From positions 237,992 to 301,991 of the forward strand of contig CAVUQZ010000004.1 of assembly GCA_963743795.1 (NCBI GenBank): a stretch of 64,000 bases of DNA, in the 5' to 3' direction. Position 1 is the stretch's first letter; each line of letters opens with the position of its first letter. A program made the position numbers and the translations under genes. Positions 1-10,874 of this stretch are shown here, piece by piece. Origin of the DNA: an uncultured Chloroflexia bacterium. Lineage in GTDB: Bacteria > Chloroflexota > Limnocylindria > Limnocylindrales > CSP1-4. Below the pieces are notes generated by a model that saw nothing but the letters and a program-made list of their open reading frames with translations, was not told the origin of the DNA and did not search any database.

Positions 1-212
1 TGCAGATGCCGGGCGGCAAGGGACGCCGCCAGGGCGACGGCTACCGGGACATGACGCCCAACCCTCTGCAGGGCGCGCCGGAAGCCGTCGCCGAGGGGCT
101 CAGGGCGTACGCTCGTGCCGGGGTCGCTGAAGTGCAACTGGTCGTGGATCCGATCACGATCGGTGCCCTCGAGGACCTGGCGCCCGTTCTCGAGCTCCTC
201 GATCGCGGCTGA
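1..212 (+). CDS. 3' end of a luciferase-like (LLM-class flavin/F420-dependent) oxidoreductase; the 5' end lies outside the window
   Basis: Frame is open from the window edge to the stop at 210-212. The tail GAPEAVAEGLRAYARAGVAEVQLVVDP resembles the C-terminal region of LLM-class oxidoreductases (recollection only). Confidence 0.35.
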   Translation, partial: QMPGGKGRRQGDGYRDMTPNPLQGAPEAVAEGLRAYARAGVAEVQLVVDPITIGALEDLAPVLELLDRG

Positions 213-335
213 CCGGACCCGGCTGGGACTCGGACGCGCGTCCCGTTTGATACGGCAGGAGAGGACGGGAGAGGACGGGCGACGGCGGAACGCCTGGCCC
301 GGTCTGGGTCCATCCGGTAAACTACGCCGCGCCAC

Positions 336-410
336 GGCGGAGTAGCTCAGTGGTAGAGCAGGGGACTCATAAGCCCTTGGTCACTGGTTCAAATCCAGTC
401 TCCGCTACCA
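336..410 (+). tRNA. tRNA with CAU anticodon (Met; Ile2/lysidine type not excluded), CCA encoded
   Basis: Cloverleaf read by eye: acceptor GGCGGAG/CTCCGCT, U8, D arm GCTC-AGTGGTA-GAGC, anticodon loop CTCATAA, T arm ACTGG-TTCAAAT-CCAGT, discriminator A, CCA at 408-410. Caveats: A31-G39 mismatch and G1-U72 wobble. Confidence 0.8.
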
Positions 411-424
411 AGATGCATGCTGGC

Positions 425-445
425 GGCCCGGGCGAATCCCGGGCC
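425..445 (+). terminator. GC-rich hairpin just downstream of the tRNA (possible terminator or processing signal)
   Basis: GGCCCGGG-CGAAT-CCCGGGCC, an 8-bp perfect stem 15 nt after the tRNA 3' end. There is no clear U tract. Confidence 0.35.
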
Positions 446-721
446 GTCTCGTATCACGAGCCCGGCGGCGAGCCCTCGGCACGGGGACAGGCAACGGCTC
501 GGCCGGGTGCACGGGCCGGGACGCGACGCCAGGTCCAACCCATCGGCGAACATTCGGGCCGCCTGGCGGGTCTTTCTAATGGACGCGTCGCGCGGCCCGC
601 GACCATTCACTACGTGCCCATGTTCCGAGGGCGCCCGGACTAGTAGCCGGTCCCTCGGGCGTATACTGCGGCGGCGGATCGGGCCCGTACCGACCGCCAG
701 ATCCGGAGGCTCCGTTTCACC

Positions 722-2656
<1,935 letters not shown>

Positions 2657-2785
2657 GACGGGAGAGAAGCAGACCGAGCGGCCGGCGTAAGGCCGCTGGT
2701 TCGGAGCGCGCAGCCGGCAGCCGTGGCACTCGCGGTGCCGGCCGCCCGTACAATCGGTCCGTGGTAGCCAGTCCAGGAGAGGCCG

Positions 2786-4194
2786 ATGCCGAATGCAGCC
2801 GTGAACGCAGCCAATGAATCCGCCCTCGAGGGCTTTCTGGCGGAGACCGCCGATACAAGGCTGGAGTCGTTCAAAGCCCTGCTGCGGATAGCCAGCATCT
2901 CAGGGATACCCGCCCACGCCCCCGACTGCCGGGCCGCGGCCGAATTCGTGGCCGAAGACCTCCGGGCTGCCGGGATGGAGCACGTCGACGTGTCGGAAAC
3001 GGGCGGCCACCCCGTCGTCTATGCCGACTGGCTGCACGCGCCCGGCCGCCCCACCGTGCTGGTGTACTGCCACTACGACGTCCAGCCGGTGGACCCGGTG
3101 GAGCTCTGGGAGTCGCCGCCCTTCGTGCCCGTCGTAAAGGACGGGAAGATGCTGGCTCGCGGATCCTCCGACGACAAGTCGCAGCCTGCACATGCACGTC
3201 CGCGCGATCGAGGCGCTGCTGAAGACACGCGGAGAACTACCGGTCAACATCCGCCTCGTCTTCGAGGGCGAGGAGGAATTCGAGCTCCATCCATCTCGAC
3301 GCCTGGCTCGAGGCCAACCGCGACCGTCTGTCGGCCGACTTCGCGGTCATCTCCGACACGAGCTTCTTCGAGGGCAACCTGCCTTCGATAACGATCGGCC
3401 TGCGCGGCCTCGTCTACTTCCAGCTGGACGTCACAGGCAGCACGATCGACCTCCACTCCGGCGGCTACGGTGGCGCCGTCGACAACCCCGTCAACGCCCT
3501 GTGCCACATAGTGGCCGCTCTGAAGGACACCGAGGGCCGGATAACGGTGCCTGGCTTCTACGACGACGTGGTAGCGCTGACGTCGCGCGACAAAGCCGCG
3601 TTCGCGCAGCTCCCGTTCGACGAAGAGGCCTATCGCGACTCGCTGGGAGTGCCGGAGCTGGTCGGCGAGCCGGGCTATACGACCCTCGAACGTCTCGGAG
3701 CCAGGCCCACCCTGGACGTTTGCGGGATATGGGGCGGCTTCGAAGGCGAAGGGCCAAAGACGATCATCCCGGCTCACGCGCACGCCAAGATCAGCTGCCG
3801 GCTGGTAGCCAACCAGGATCCGGAGAAGATCTTCTCGCTGGTCGCGGCGTACATCGACCAGGTTGCCCCCAGCTCCGTGCGGTACTCGATCCAGCGCCTT
3901 GGCGACGGCAAGCCAAGCCTGACGCCGATCGACAACCCGGCCACTCAGGCGGCGGCGCGGGCGCTCGAGGCGGCCTTCGGCGCTGCGCCCCTCTACATTC
4001 GCGAGGGCGGTTCAGTCCCGGTCTGCGCCAGCTTCGAGTCGCTCCTGGGTCTCTCGACCGTGCTCCTGGGCTTCGCGCCGCCGGATGGGCGTTTCCATGC
4101 GCCCAACGAATGGATGTCCATGGCCAACTACGAGACCGGAATTCGGGCGATCGTCCGATATTGGGACGAGATAGCGGCGGCGGATCATCTTTAG
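2786..4194 (+). pseudogene. M20-family dipeptidase/peptidase interrupted by two +1 frame shifts (possibly assembly indels)
   Basis: The homologous sequence runs in frame 2 (2786 to ~3184, ...LARGSSDDK). It continues in frame 3 (~3186-3278, LHMHVRAIEALLKTRGELPVNIRLVFEGEEE), then in frame 1 (~3280-4194, SSSIHLDAWLEANRDRL...HSGGYGGAVDNP...HAPNEWM). AGGAGAGG SD before ATG 2786; TACAAT at 2749-2754. Confidence 0.85.
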
Positions 4195-4248
4195 CGGCAC
4201 GAGCGGCACGAGCGGCACGAGCGGCCCGAGCGGCCCGGGCGGCCGATC
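4195..4248. repeat. Tandem 9-bp repeat, 6 units (3 perfect CGGCACGAG, then CGGCCCGAG, CGGCCCGGG, CGGCCGATC)
   Basis: Read directly from the sequence, immediately after the peptidase stop codon. Confidence 0.9.
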
Positions 4249-4388
4249 GCCGTGGCCGCGATTGGTGCGACGGAGCACTACTGCAAATGCAGGAGCGGAC
4301 GAGTGCGGTTTGTGTAAGTGTTCAAACCGCGGGCGGCTGATACGATGATCTGCGTGGCTGGCTGACTAGGATCTGGCTGGAGGCACCC

Positions 4389-5477
4389 TTGACCACAACC
4401 AATCGACCCCCTGACGCCGACGCCGCCCCGACTCAACTGACCTGGCGCCTGGACACGGACAACGGCAGCCTGGTCCCGCGTTCGGCGCTGGACGTGCTGG
4501 TCGACCTGAACGACAACCTGTCGACCGGGCGAATGGGCGAGTATCAGCCCGTTCCGCTCGGATTCGGGATGCTAGACAAGGCGATCGGCGGCGGGTTGAG
4601 GGCTGGCGAGCTCATGCTCATCGGTGGCGCCCAGGGCACGGGCAAGACCACGATGGCTCTGCAGATGGCTCGCAACGTGGCCTCCGGCGGCCAGGCCAAC
4701 GTGCTGTACATCTGCTTCGAGCACGACGAGCAGTACCTCCTGAACCGGCTCGTCGCCCTCGAATCGGCGCTGGCCCACCTTCCGCAGAAGACGGGCGCGG
4801 TCAAGATCCAGGAAGTTCGCCAGGAGATTCTGGCGTCGTGGATGGCGGAAGGAGCTGGTGGCGCCGGCCTGACCGCCAACCAGAAGTTGCGCCCCAGCCT
4901 GGACCGTATCGCCCGCTACGGTCAGAACTTGTTCCTCATGCGAGGCTCTCAGACGGCCAGCACGGTCGACAACGTGCGCAAACTCGTCCAGCAGCATCGA
5001 GCCCTCTCGGGCGATCGGAGGCTGCTGGTCGTTGTCGACTATCTGCAGAAAGTGCCGATGTACCCCGAGCCGGCAACTGAGTCCGAGAAGGTCACTTTCG
5101 TCGTCAACGGCCTCAAGGACATTGCCCTCTCGGAGCATGTGGCGATGATCTCGATCGTTGCCGCCGACAAGGAGGGCCTGAAGGCCCAGAGGCTGCGAAA
5201 CCACCACCTTCGAGGCTCGTCGGCCATCAACTACGAAGCCGACATCATCCTGATCATCAATGACAAGTACCACATCGTCGCCAAGGTCAACATCGAGTTC
5301 AACCCCTACCAGGCCCAGCGATTCCGAGACTGGGTCATTGTGAGCATCGAGAAGAACCGCGGCGGCCAGGACAACGTCGACCTCGAGTTCGAGAAGCACT
5401 TCGAATACTCGTGCTTCGATCCCAATGGGCGGACGGTTCAGGAGAAGCTCATCGAAGAGCGCCTCTACAACGACTGA
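4389..5477 (+). CDS. Stand-alone DnaB-C-terminal-domain-like (RecA-fold) ATPase; not the replicative helicase
   Basis: 362 aa with Walker A GAQGTGKTT, Walker B LLVVVDYLQ and a DnaB-type RGSSAINYEADIILII motif. Only ~60 aa precede the ATPase core, so there is no DnaB N-terminal domain. GGAGG lies 5 nt upstream of the TTG start. Confidence 0.8.
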   Translation: MTTTNRPPDADAAPTQLTWRLDTDNGSLVPRSALDVLVDLNDNLSTGRMGEYQPVPLGFGMLDKAIGGGLRAGELMLIGGAQGTGKTTMALQMARNVASGGQANVLYICFEHDEQYLLNRLVALESALAHLPQKTGAVKIQEVRQEILASWMAEGAGGAGLTANQKLRPSLDRIARYGQNLFLMRGSQTASTVDNVRKLVQQHRALSGDRRLLVVVDYLQKVPMYPEPATESEKVTFVVNGLKDIALSEHVAMISIVAADKEGLKAQRLRNHHLRGSSAINYEADIILIINDKYHIVAKVNIEFNPYQAQRFRDWVIVSIEKNRGGQDNVDLEFEKHFEYSCFDPNGRTVQEKLIEERLYND

Positions 5478-5492
5478 CCCAGGGATCGCCCG

Positions 5493-6212
5493 ATGATCGG
5501 TGATGGCGACCGGTTCGGCCCCGGTCGGGGAGTTCCCGGCGCAAGCGGCCCGGCAGACGGTCCTGGACCGGCGGCCCGGGGAGGCAGGCCGGCCGGCACG
5601 CGTCGCCCGGAAGACGATCCACCCGGGACCAGCAGGCTGTTCGTCGCCATTCCAGTGGCAGACGACGTTGGCGCGGCCGTCGGCGAACTGATGGCGCGGG
5701 TGGCCGGAGCTCCGATCGCCGAGCGGGCATTCGGCCAGCCTCGCTGGGTCCGAGTCGAAGGCCTGCATGTCACCCTGCGCTTCCTGGGGGCAACGCCCGA
5801 CGATCGCCAGCCGGCGATCGCAGCCGCGCTTGAAGAGGCGGCCAGGGGAGTGGCGCGGTTTGAGATCACGTTGAACGGCGGCGGCGCGTTTCCGAATGCG
5901 AGCCGGCCGCGTGTGTTGTGGATCGGCATCCGAACCGGAGCCGAAGAGTTGGCCGCTCTCGCCAGACGACTGGACGGCGCATTGCGCCCTCTCGGCTGGC
6001 CGCCGGAGGATCGGCCCTTTTCTGGTCATCTCACCCTCGCCCGCACCGATGGGGTGGCTGGGGCGGAGGAGCATGCCAGGCGACTGATCGAAGCGGCCAG
6101 AGATCTGGAACTCACCTGGCGCGCCGATCGCTTCGTCCTGTACAAGAGCCTGCTGGGGCATGGTCCCGCCCGCTATCAGGCACTTGCCGAGGTCGAACTC
6201 CGGTCCGAGTAG
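5493..6212 (+). CDS. thpR: RNA 2',3'-cyclic phosphodiesterase (2H family, ThpR/LigT); start codon uncertain
   Basis: Two H-x-T-x motifs (HVTLRF and HLTLAR) and typical LFVAIPV...RPRVLWIG segments. The Gly/Pro/Arg-rich first ~55 aa may not be translated. Confidence 0.85.
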   Translation: MIGDGDRFGPGRGVPGASGPADGPGPAARGGRPAGTRRPEDDPPGTSRLFVAIPVADDVGAAVGELMARVAGAPIAERAFGQPRWVRVEGLHVTLRFLGATPDDRQPAIAAALEEAARGVARFEITLNGGGAFPNASRPRVLWIGIRTGAEELAALARRLDGALRPLGWPPEDRPFSGHLTLARTDGVAGAEEHARRLIEAARDLELTWRADRFVLYKSLLGHGPARYQALAEVELRSE

Positions 6213-6367
6213 GGGCAGGGCCGGCCTACCCCGGCTCGTGATCCAGATGCGGAGGCCGCTTGCGCCCTCCGCCTGCGAGCCGGTAGGCTTGCGCGGCCAC
6301 GGTCGTGTTGGGGCGACGGCGGGCGCCGTGCAGCTTAGGTCGCCGGTTGGCCGGCGGGAGGAGTCGG

Positions 6368-7725
6368 ATGGTCGAACGTACCCGTTTCACGCTGGACGAA
6401 TCACAGATTCCCAGGTCCTGGTACAACATCGCGGCCGACCTGCCGGTCCCGCAGGCGCCGCCCCTCCATCCGGCCACACATCAGCCGCTCGGTCCGGCCG
6501 ATCTCGCCCCACTGTTCCCGATGGCCCTGATCATGCAGGAGGTCTCGAGCGAGCGCGAGATCGAGATCCCCGAGCCGGTGCGAGCCCTGTACGCGCAATA
6601 CCGGCCGAGCCCCCTGGTCCGAGCCCTTCGCCTCGAGAAGGCCCTCGATACTCCGGCCCACATCTACTACAAGTACGAGGGCACCAGTCCGGCCGGGAGC
6701 CACAAGCCCAACACAGCCATCCCCCAAGCCTTCTACAACAAGGAAGAGGGAATCAAGCGCATCGCCACGGAGACCGGCGCGGGCCAGTGGGGCAGCGCGC
6801 TCGCCTATGCAGGCGCGATGTTCGGGCTCGAGATCAAGGTCTACATGGTCCGGGCCAGCTACGACCAGAAGCCGTACCGCCGCCTCATGATGGAGACGTA
6901 CGGCGCCAGCGTCGTGGCCAGCCCGAGCAACGATACGCGAGGCCGGCCGGAACGATCCTGGCCGAACACCCGGACAGTCCCGGCTCGCTCGGCATCGCCA
7001 TCAGCGAGGCCGTCGAGGACACGGTCATGCGGGACGACACCCACTACTCGCTGGGCTCGGTGCTCAACCACGTGATGCTCCATCAGACGGTGATCGGCGA
7101 AGAGTCGATCATCCAGATGGAAATGGCCGGCGAGGAGCCGGACGTCATCATCGCCTGTGCCGGTGGCGGCTCCAACTTCGCGGGGTTGTCATTCCCGTGG
7201 CTGGGCCGGACCTTCCGCGGCGGGCGCAAGTACCGGGTCATCGCTGTTGAGCCCGAGGCGGCGCCGAGCATGAGCCGTGGGCGCTATGCCTACGACTACG
7301 GCGACACGGCGAAGATGGCGCCGATGGTCAAGATGTACACGCTCGGCCACGATTTCGTGCCCGAGCCGATCCATGCCGGCGGTCTGCGCTACCACGGCAT
7401 GTCGCCGCTCGTCAGCCTGCTCAAGCACAACGACTTCATCGAAGCGCGAAGCCTGCATCAGAGGCCGTGTTTCGAGGCCGGAGTCCAGTTCGCTCGGACC
7501 GAGGGAATCATCCCGGCGCCCGAGTCGACGCACGCGATCAAGGCTGCGATGGACATTGCCCTGGAGGCCAAGAAGGCCGGCCAGAAGAAGGTCATCCTCT
7601 TCAACCTCTCCGGCCACGGCTTCTTCGACCTGACCTCGTACCAGCGCTACCTGTCAGGTCAGCTGGAGGACTACGAGTATCCGGCCGCGGAAGTCAAGCA
7701 CGCTCTGGAGGCTGTCGAGGCTTAG
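6368..7725 (+). pseudogene. trpB: TrpB2-type tryptophan synthase beta-like PLP enzyme with one -1 frame shift near 6935-6950 (possibly an assembly indel)
   Basis: N-terminal half in frame 2 ([20 protein letters not shown]...[15 protein letters not shown]...SPSNDT). C-terminal half in frame 1 ([23 protein letters not shown]...GGGSNFAGL...GGLRYHG...). GGGAGGAG SD before ATG 6368. Confidence 0.88.
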
Positions 7726-7745
7726 CCTCGCGCGGAGAGATTATT

Positions 7746-7775
7746 GAGAGCCGCGCCTCCAAAGGCGCGGCTCTC
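7746..7775 (+). terminator. Strong hairpin after trpB-like gene (putative intrinsic terminator)
   Basis: GAGAGCCGCGCC-TCCAAA-GGCGCGGCTCTC, a 12-bp perfect stem 21 nt after the stop. The trailing sequence CGATTC is only weakly U-rich. Confidence 0.55.
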
Positions 7776-7818
7776 CGATTCGGGCGCACCACGGCCGATC
7801 GCTGGAGGAGGAGTCCCA

Positions 7819-8301
7819 ATGGGCCGGGGACGGGCGGTTACCCCGCGGCCTGGGGCGGGTCGCCCCGGGGGGAGCGAAGCGACCCGCCGCTACGACCACT
7901 CGCCTGCGTGGTCGTCGTCGCCGTTGCCGGCGGACGGATACAGCATGGTGGCGGCGCCAGCCCGGGTCATCGCCCATCCGCCGTATTGGGGGCTGACCCG
8001 TGGCGTGTGCCCGGAGTGGGAGACACGCCTCCGGCATCCAGCTATGGCGTACGATCAAGCTATGCCGCGCCTCGCCTGTATGAGTTGCGGACGAACGCTC
8101 TGGGCCACGGCACCGCTGGCCCACTTGTTCGCCGAGGAGCGACGCTGTCCGTGGTGCCAGGCGCCACTCCAGGATGACCGGCGAGTGGCGGTTCGGCGGC
8201 AGCAAATGCGACGGGAGATCCACGCCAGCGGGTCTCCAACCGGCGACGAGAGACGGGTGATCGTCGATCGCCGAAAGGTGAGGCGAAGACGGCCGACTTG
8301 A
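7819..8301 (+). CDS. Hypothetical protein with a C-terminal CxxC...CxxC zinc-ribbon and an Arg-rich tail
   Basis: GGAGGAGGAG lies 6 nt upstream of ATG 7819. C-terminal part: MPRLACMSCGRTLW...RRCPWCQAPL...RKVRRRRPT. No family recognised. A shorter product from ATG 8044 or 8062 is possible. Confidence 0.4.
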   Translation: MGRGRAVTPRPGAGRPGGSEATRRYDHSPAWSSSPLPADGYSMVAAPARVIAHPPYWGLTRGVCPEWETRLRHPAMAYDQAMPRLACMSCGRTLWATAPLAHLFAEERRCPWCQAPLQDDRRVAVRRQQMRREIHASGSPTGDERRVIVDRRKVRRRRPT

Positions 8302-8351
8302 GGCCAGAAGGGCAGCGCTGCGGGCTCCGAGCGAACGGAACCGGCTAGACG

Positions 8352-9047
8352 CTAGAAGAGGTTGTCGTCCGACTTGGGCGGCTCTACGAGCCGGTGGCGC
8401 AGAGCGAACGCGACCGCTTCCAGCTTCGAGTGCACTCGCAGCTTGCCCATGATGTTCTGGACGTGCGTCCGCAGCGTGTTAGGGGCGATATACAGGCGCT
8501 CGCAGATCTCCGGCGTGGCCAGCCCTTCGGTCAAGGCCTTGAGGACTTCCAGCTCGCGAGGCGTGAGCGGCTCGATCTGGCGTCTCTCGGTCCCGCGCTC
8601 TCTGGCGGCCGCCACTCGCTGGGCGATGCCGACGATCACCGATCTGGGCAGCAGAGTCTCGCCGGAATAGGCGGCCCGGACGGCACTTACGACTTCGTCG
8701 ATTGCCCGGTCTTTGGTGAGATAGCCGTCCGCGCCCGCCTGGATCGACTCGAGGACGGTTTCATCGTCGGTGAGGGCCGTCAGCATCACGACCCGGGCCG
8801 CGGGCCAGCGGGCCTTGATGGCGCGGGTAGCCTCGGCGCCGGTTCCGTCCGGCAGGCGGTAATCCATGAGGACGACGTCCAGACGCTCGCGGGCCAGCGC
8901 CTTGGCCTCGGCCACACTAGCGGCGATCCCGGCAACGACGATGTCCGGCTCGCGGCTGAGCATCTGCGCCAGCGCGCCGGTCAGCAGCTGGTGGTCGTCG
9001 ACGAGAAGCACTCGGATCGGCCGCGTCTCGCCGTACGAATCGGTCAT
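8352..9047 (-). CDS. NarL/FixJ (LuxR-type HTH) response regulator, no adjacent histidine kinase
   Basis: REC domain with acidic pocket VDDH and phospho-acceptor context VVLMDYRLPDGTG. C-terminal LuxR HTH: LTPRELEVLKALTEGLATPEICERLYIAPNTLRTHVQNIMGKL. Confidence 0.93.
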   Translation of the reverse strand: MTDSYGETRPIRVLLVDDHQLLTGALAQMLSREPDIVVAGIAASVAEAKALARERLDVVLMDYRLPDGTGAEATRAIKARWPAARVVMLTALTDDETVLESIQAGADGYLTKDRAIDEVVSAVRAAYSGETLLPRSVIVGIAQRVAAARERGTERRQIEPLTPRELEVLKALTEGLATPEICERLYIAPNTLRTHVQNIMGKLRVHSKLEAVAFALRHRLVEPPKSDDNLF

Positions 9048-9310
9048 CTAATGCGCCCCCATGACGGCGGTAAGGCCGGACCCGTGGGCAGCTGATATGT
9101 CCGACCGCTTCTTCGCATTCTAGTCGAGCCTTCAACGGGCGAGTAGTTGTCCACGACACTTTGACCGGCCGAAATCGCCGGCGGGCGACAGAGCGTCTGC
9201 CCGGCCTGGCTGACCTCCCATCTCGGACGAGCCAGAGGGGCAGCCGATGTTCCACTGCTCCGATGGCGGCGCCCATCTAGGGATGGTCGGTCGACGGCGG
9301 ACCGCCCGGC

Positions 9311-9316
9311 CATAAT
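9311..9316 (+). promoter_or_regulatory. -10-like hexamer CATAAT 6 nt upstream of the tyrA GTG (leaderless-type promoter candidate)
   Basis: Hexamer and spacing read from the sequence; no SD in the gap. Confidence 0.35.
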
Positions 9317-9322
9317 GGCACG

Positions 9323-10210
9323 GTGCGACTCTCCATCCTCGGCTTCGGTCTGATCGGCGGTTCGATCGCTCGGGCGCTCCACGAGCGAGGCGAAGCCGGC
9401 CAATGGCGCGTGACCGCCTGGAGCCGCAACCGCGCCCCGGTCGAGCAGGCCGTGGCCGATGGCGTGGTCGAGGTGGCGGCGGCGACGATTGAAGATGCCT
9501 TACGCGACGCTGAGATGGTCGTCCTGGCGGCGCCGCCGCTTGTCTGTCTGGACCTGGTCGACCTGCTGGGCGGACCGTTGCGCGACCGTCTGCCCGAAGA
9601 CTGCACCGTGACGGACGTGGCCAGTGCCAAGGCACGGATCGTCTCCAGGGCGGACGCCGCCGATTTGCCCTTCATCGGCGGGCATCCCATGGCCGGCCGT
9701 GAGTCGAGCGGGTACGCCGCGTCCCGGCCGGATCTCTTCGTCGAGCGGCCGTGGGTCACTGTCCTGGGCTTGTATGCGCGGCTGTGCGACGGTGAGCGGA
9801 TCGGTGAGCTGATCGACGCATGCGGCGCGATTCAGATTCCCATGAGCGCGGCTGCCCACGATAGCGCCGTGGCGGCGATCAGTCACCTGCCGCTCGTGGT
9901 CTCGACCGCGCTCGTAGAGGCTGTCGCCGGGGGACCGGGCGAGCGGGAGCGCCCGGACTGGCGCGCGGCAGAAGCTCTGGCGGCGACCGGCTGGACCGGC
10001 ATGACGCGACTGGCGCGCGGAGAGCCGTCCATGGGCGTTGGAATCGCGGCTACCAATGCCGTTGCCATCGCCGCCCGACTCCGCGACATGCGAGACGTCC
10101 TGGATCGATGGCTGGCCGAGCTGGAGCGTAACGGCGGCCCCGACGAGGCGGCCCTTCTGGCTCGCTTCGCGGCCGCCCGCCAGAAGCTCATGGAGTCGGA
10201 TCGCAGATGA
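9323..10210 (+). CDS. tyrA: Prephenate dehydrogenase
   Basis: N-terminal Rossmann motif LSILGFGLIGGSIA, then DVASAK...GGHPMAG typical of the TyrA family. Confidence 0.9.
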   Translation: MRLSILGFGLIGGSIARALHERGEAGQWRVTAWSRNRAPVEQAVADGVVEVAAATIEDALRDAEMVVLAAPPLVCLDLVDLLGGPLRDRLPEDCTVTDVASAKARIVSRADAADLPFIGGHPMAGRESSGYAASRPDLFVERPWVTVLGLYARLCDGERIGELIDACGAIQIPMSAAAHDSAVAAISHLPLVVSTALVEAVAGGPGERERPDWRAAEALAATGWTGMTRLARGEPSMGVGIAATNAVAIAARLRDMRDVLDRWLAELERNGGPDEAALLARFAAARQKLMESDRR

Positions 10211-10845
10211 GCGGTGAGGCCGTGGAACTCGTATACGCCGTGGCCCGAAAGACGCTCTTCGAGGGCGATGCTGCCTGGCGCGGCGTTCGCCGGGACGGAG
10301 TGGCGGCGATCCTGAGGCGCGTCGACGACTACGGAACGTACGTGCCGAGACCTGCCGCCGAAGGGGACCGCACGCTCAAGCAGATCATCCCGTATCTGGT
10401 GTTGCGTGACGGCGATCGGATCTTTCTGATGAAGCGGACGCGCGCGGGGGGTGACGCCCGACTCCACGACCGCTATACGATCGGCGTCGGTGGGCACCTC
10501 AACCCGGGTGACGGCTCGGCTCTGGACGGCCTCAGGCGGGAGTGGCGAGAGGAGCTCGAGGCCGCTTTCACGCCCTCATTCGAATTCGTGGGTCTGCTCA
10601 ACGACGACACAGTCGACGTCGGAATGCATCACCTCGGCCTCGTGTACGTGGCGGACGCTGCCGGTCGGCCGGTCGGGGTGCGCGAGAAGCACAAGTTGAG
10701 CGGCTCGTTCGAGCCGCTCGAGGCCGTCCGAGCGGTATACGGCCGCATGGAGACCTGGAGCCAGCTCGTCCTGGACTCGATCGACCAATCGGCTACCGGG
10801 GGCGCCGACCCGTTGCGGCTCTCGCACCCGCCGGGACCGCAGTGA
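10207..10845 (+). CDS. NUDIX-family hydrolase
   Basis: Nudix box GGHLNPGDGSALDGLRREWREELEA. The ATG overlaps the tyrA stop (ATGA). Confidence 0.75.
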   Translation: MSGEAVELVYAVARKTLFEGDAAWRGVRRDGVAAILRRVDDYGTYVPRPAAEGDRTLKQIIPYLVLRDGDRIFLMKRTRAGGDARLHDRYTIGVGGHLNPGDGSALDGLRREWREELEAAFTPSFEFVGLLNDDTVDVGMHHLGLVYVADAAGRPVGVREKHKLSGSFEPLEAVRAVYGRMETWSQLVLDSIDQSATGGADPLRLSHPPGPQ

Positions 10846-10874
10846 ACCGATCGCTCGACGGGCGAGTCTCACGC

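Noticed and set aside
411-721. 310-nt gene-free stretch between tRNA-Met and ftsH as a possible regulatory RNA or leader
   Set aside because: It contains a plausible tRNA-proximal hairpin and a TATACT -10 about 55 nt before ftsH, which accounts for it as ordinary terminator-plus-promoter space. The ORFs listed there (350..643 and 417..725) are Arg/Pro-rich junk.
4195-4248. Possible CRISPR or other spaced-repeat array
   Set aside because: The units are 9 bp, directly abutting with no spacers, and degenerate after three copies. No cas genes are present anywhere in the window.
3192-4340. 382-aa + strand ORF overlapping the M20 peptidase region. The 941-aa ORF 50758..53583 and the 641-aa ORF 11153..13078 are similar cases.
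   Set aside because: Only part of each ORF is in the true coding frame. 3192-3278 is the middle of the peptidase, 51814-53583 is the FtsA-partner gene and 11474-13078 is nfeD. The remainder is an out-of-frame run through a neighbouring gene.
7776-8043. Structured ncRNA in the GC-rich region after the trpB-like terminator (for example hairpin GCGGGTCGC...GCGACCCGC near 7855-7890)
   Set aside because: The hairpins are of the kind found throughout GC-rich DNA and no known RNA-family motif was recognised. The region is also covered by an SD-preceded ORF. It cannot be resolved without covariance-model searches.
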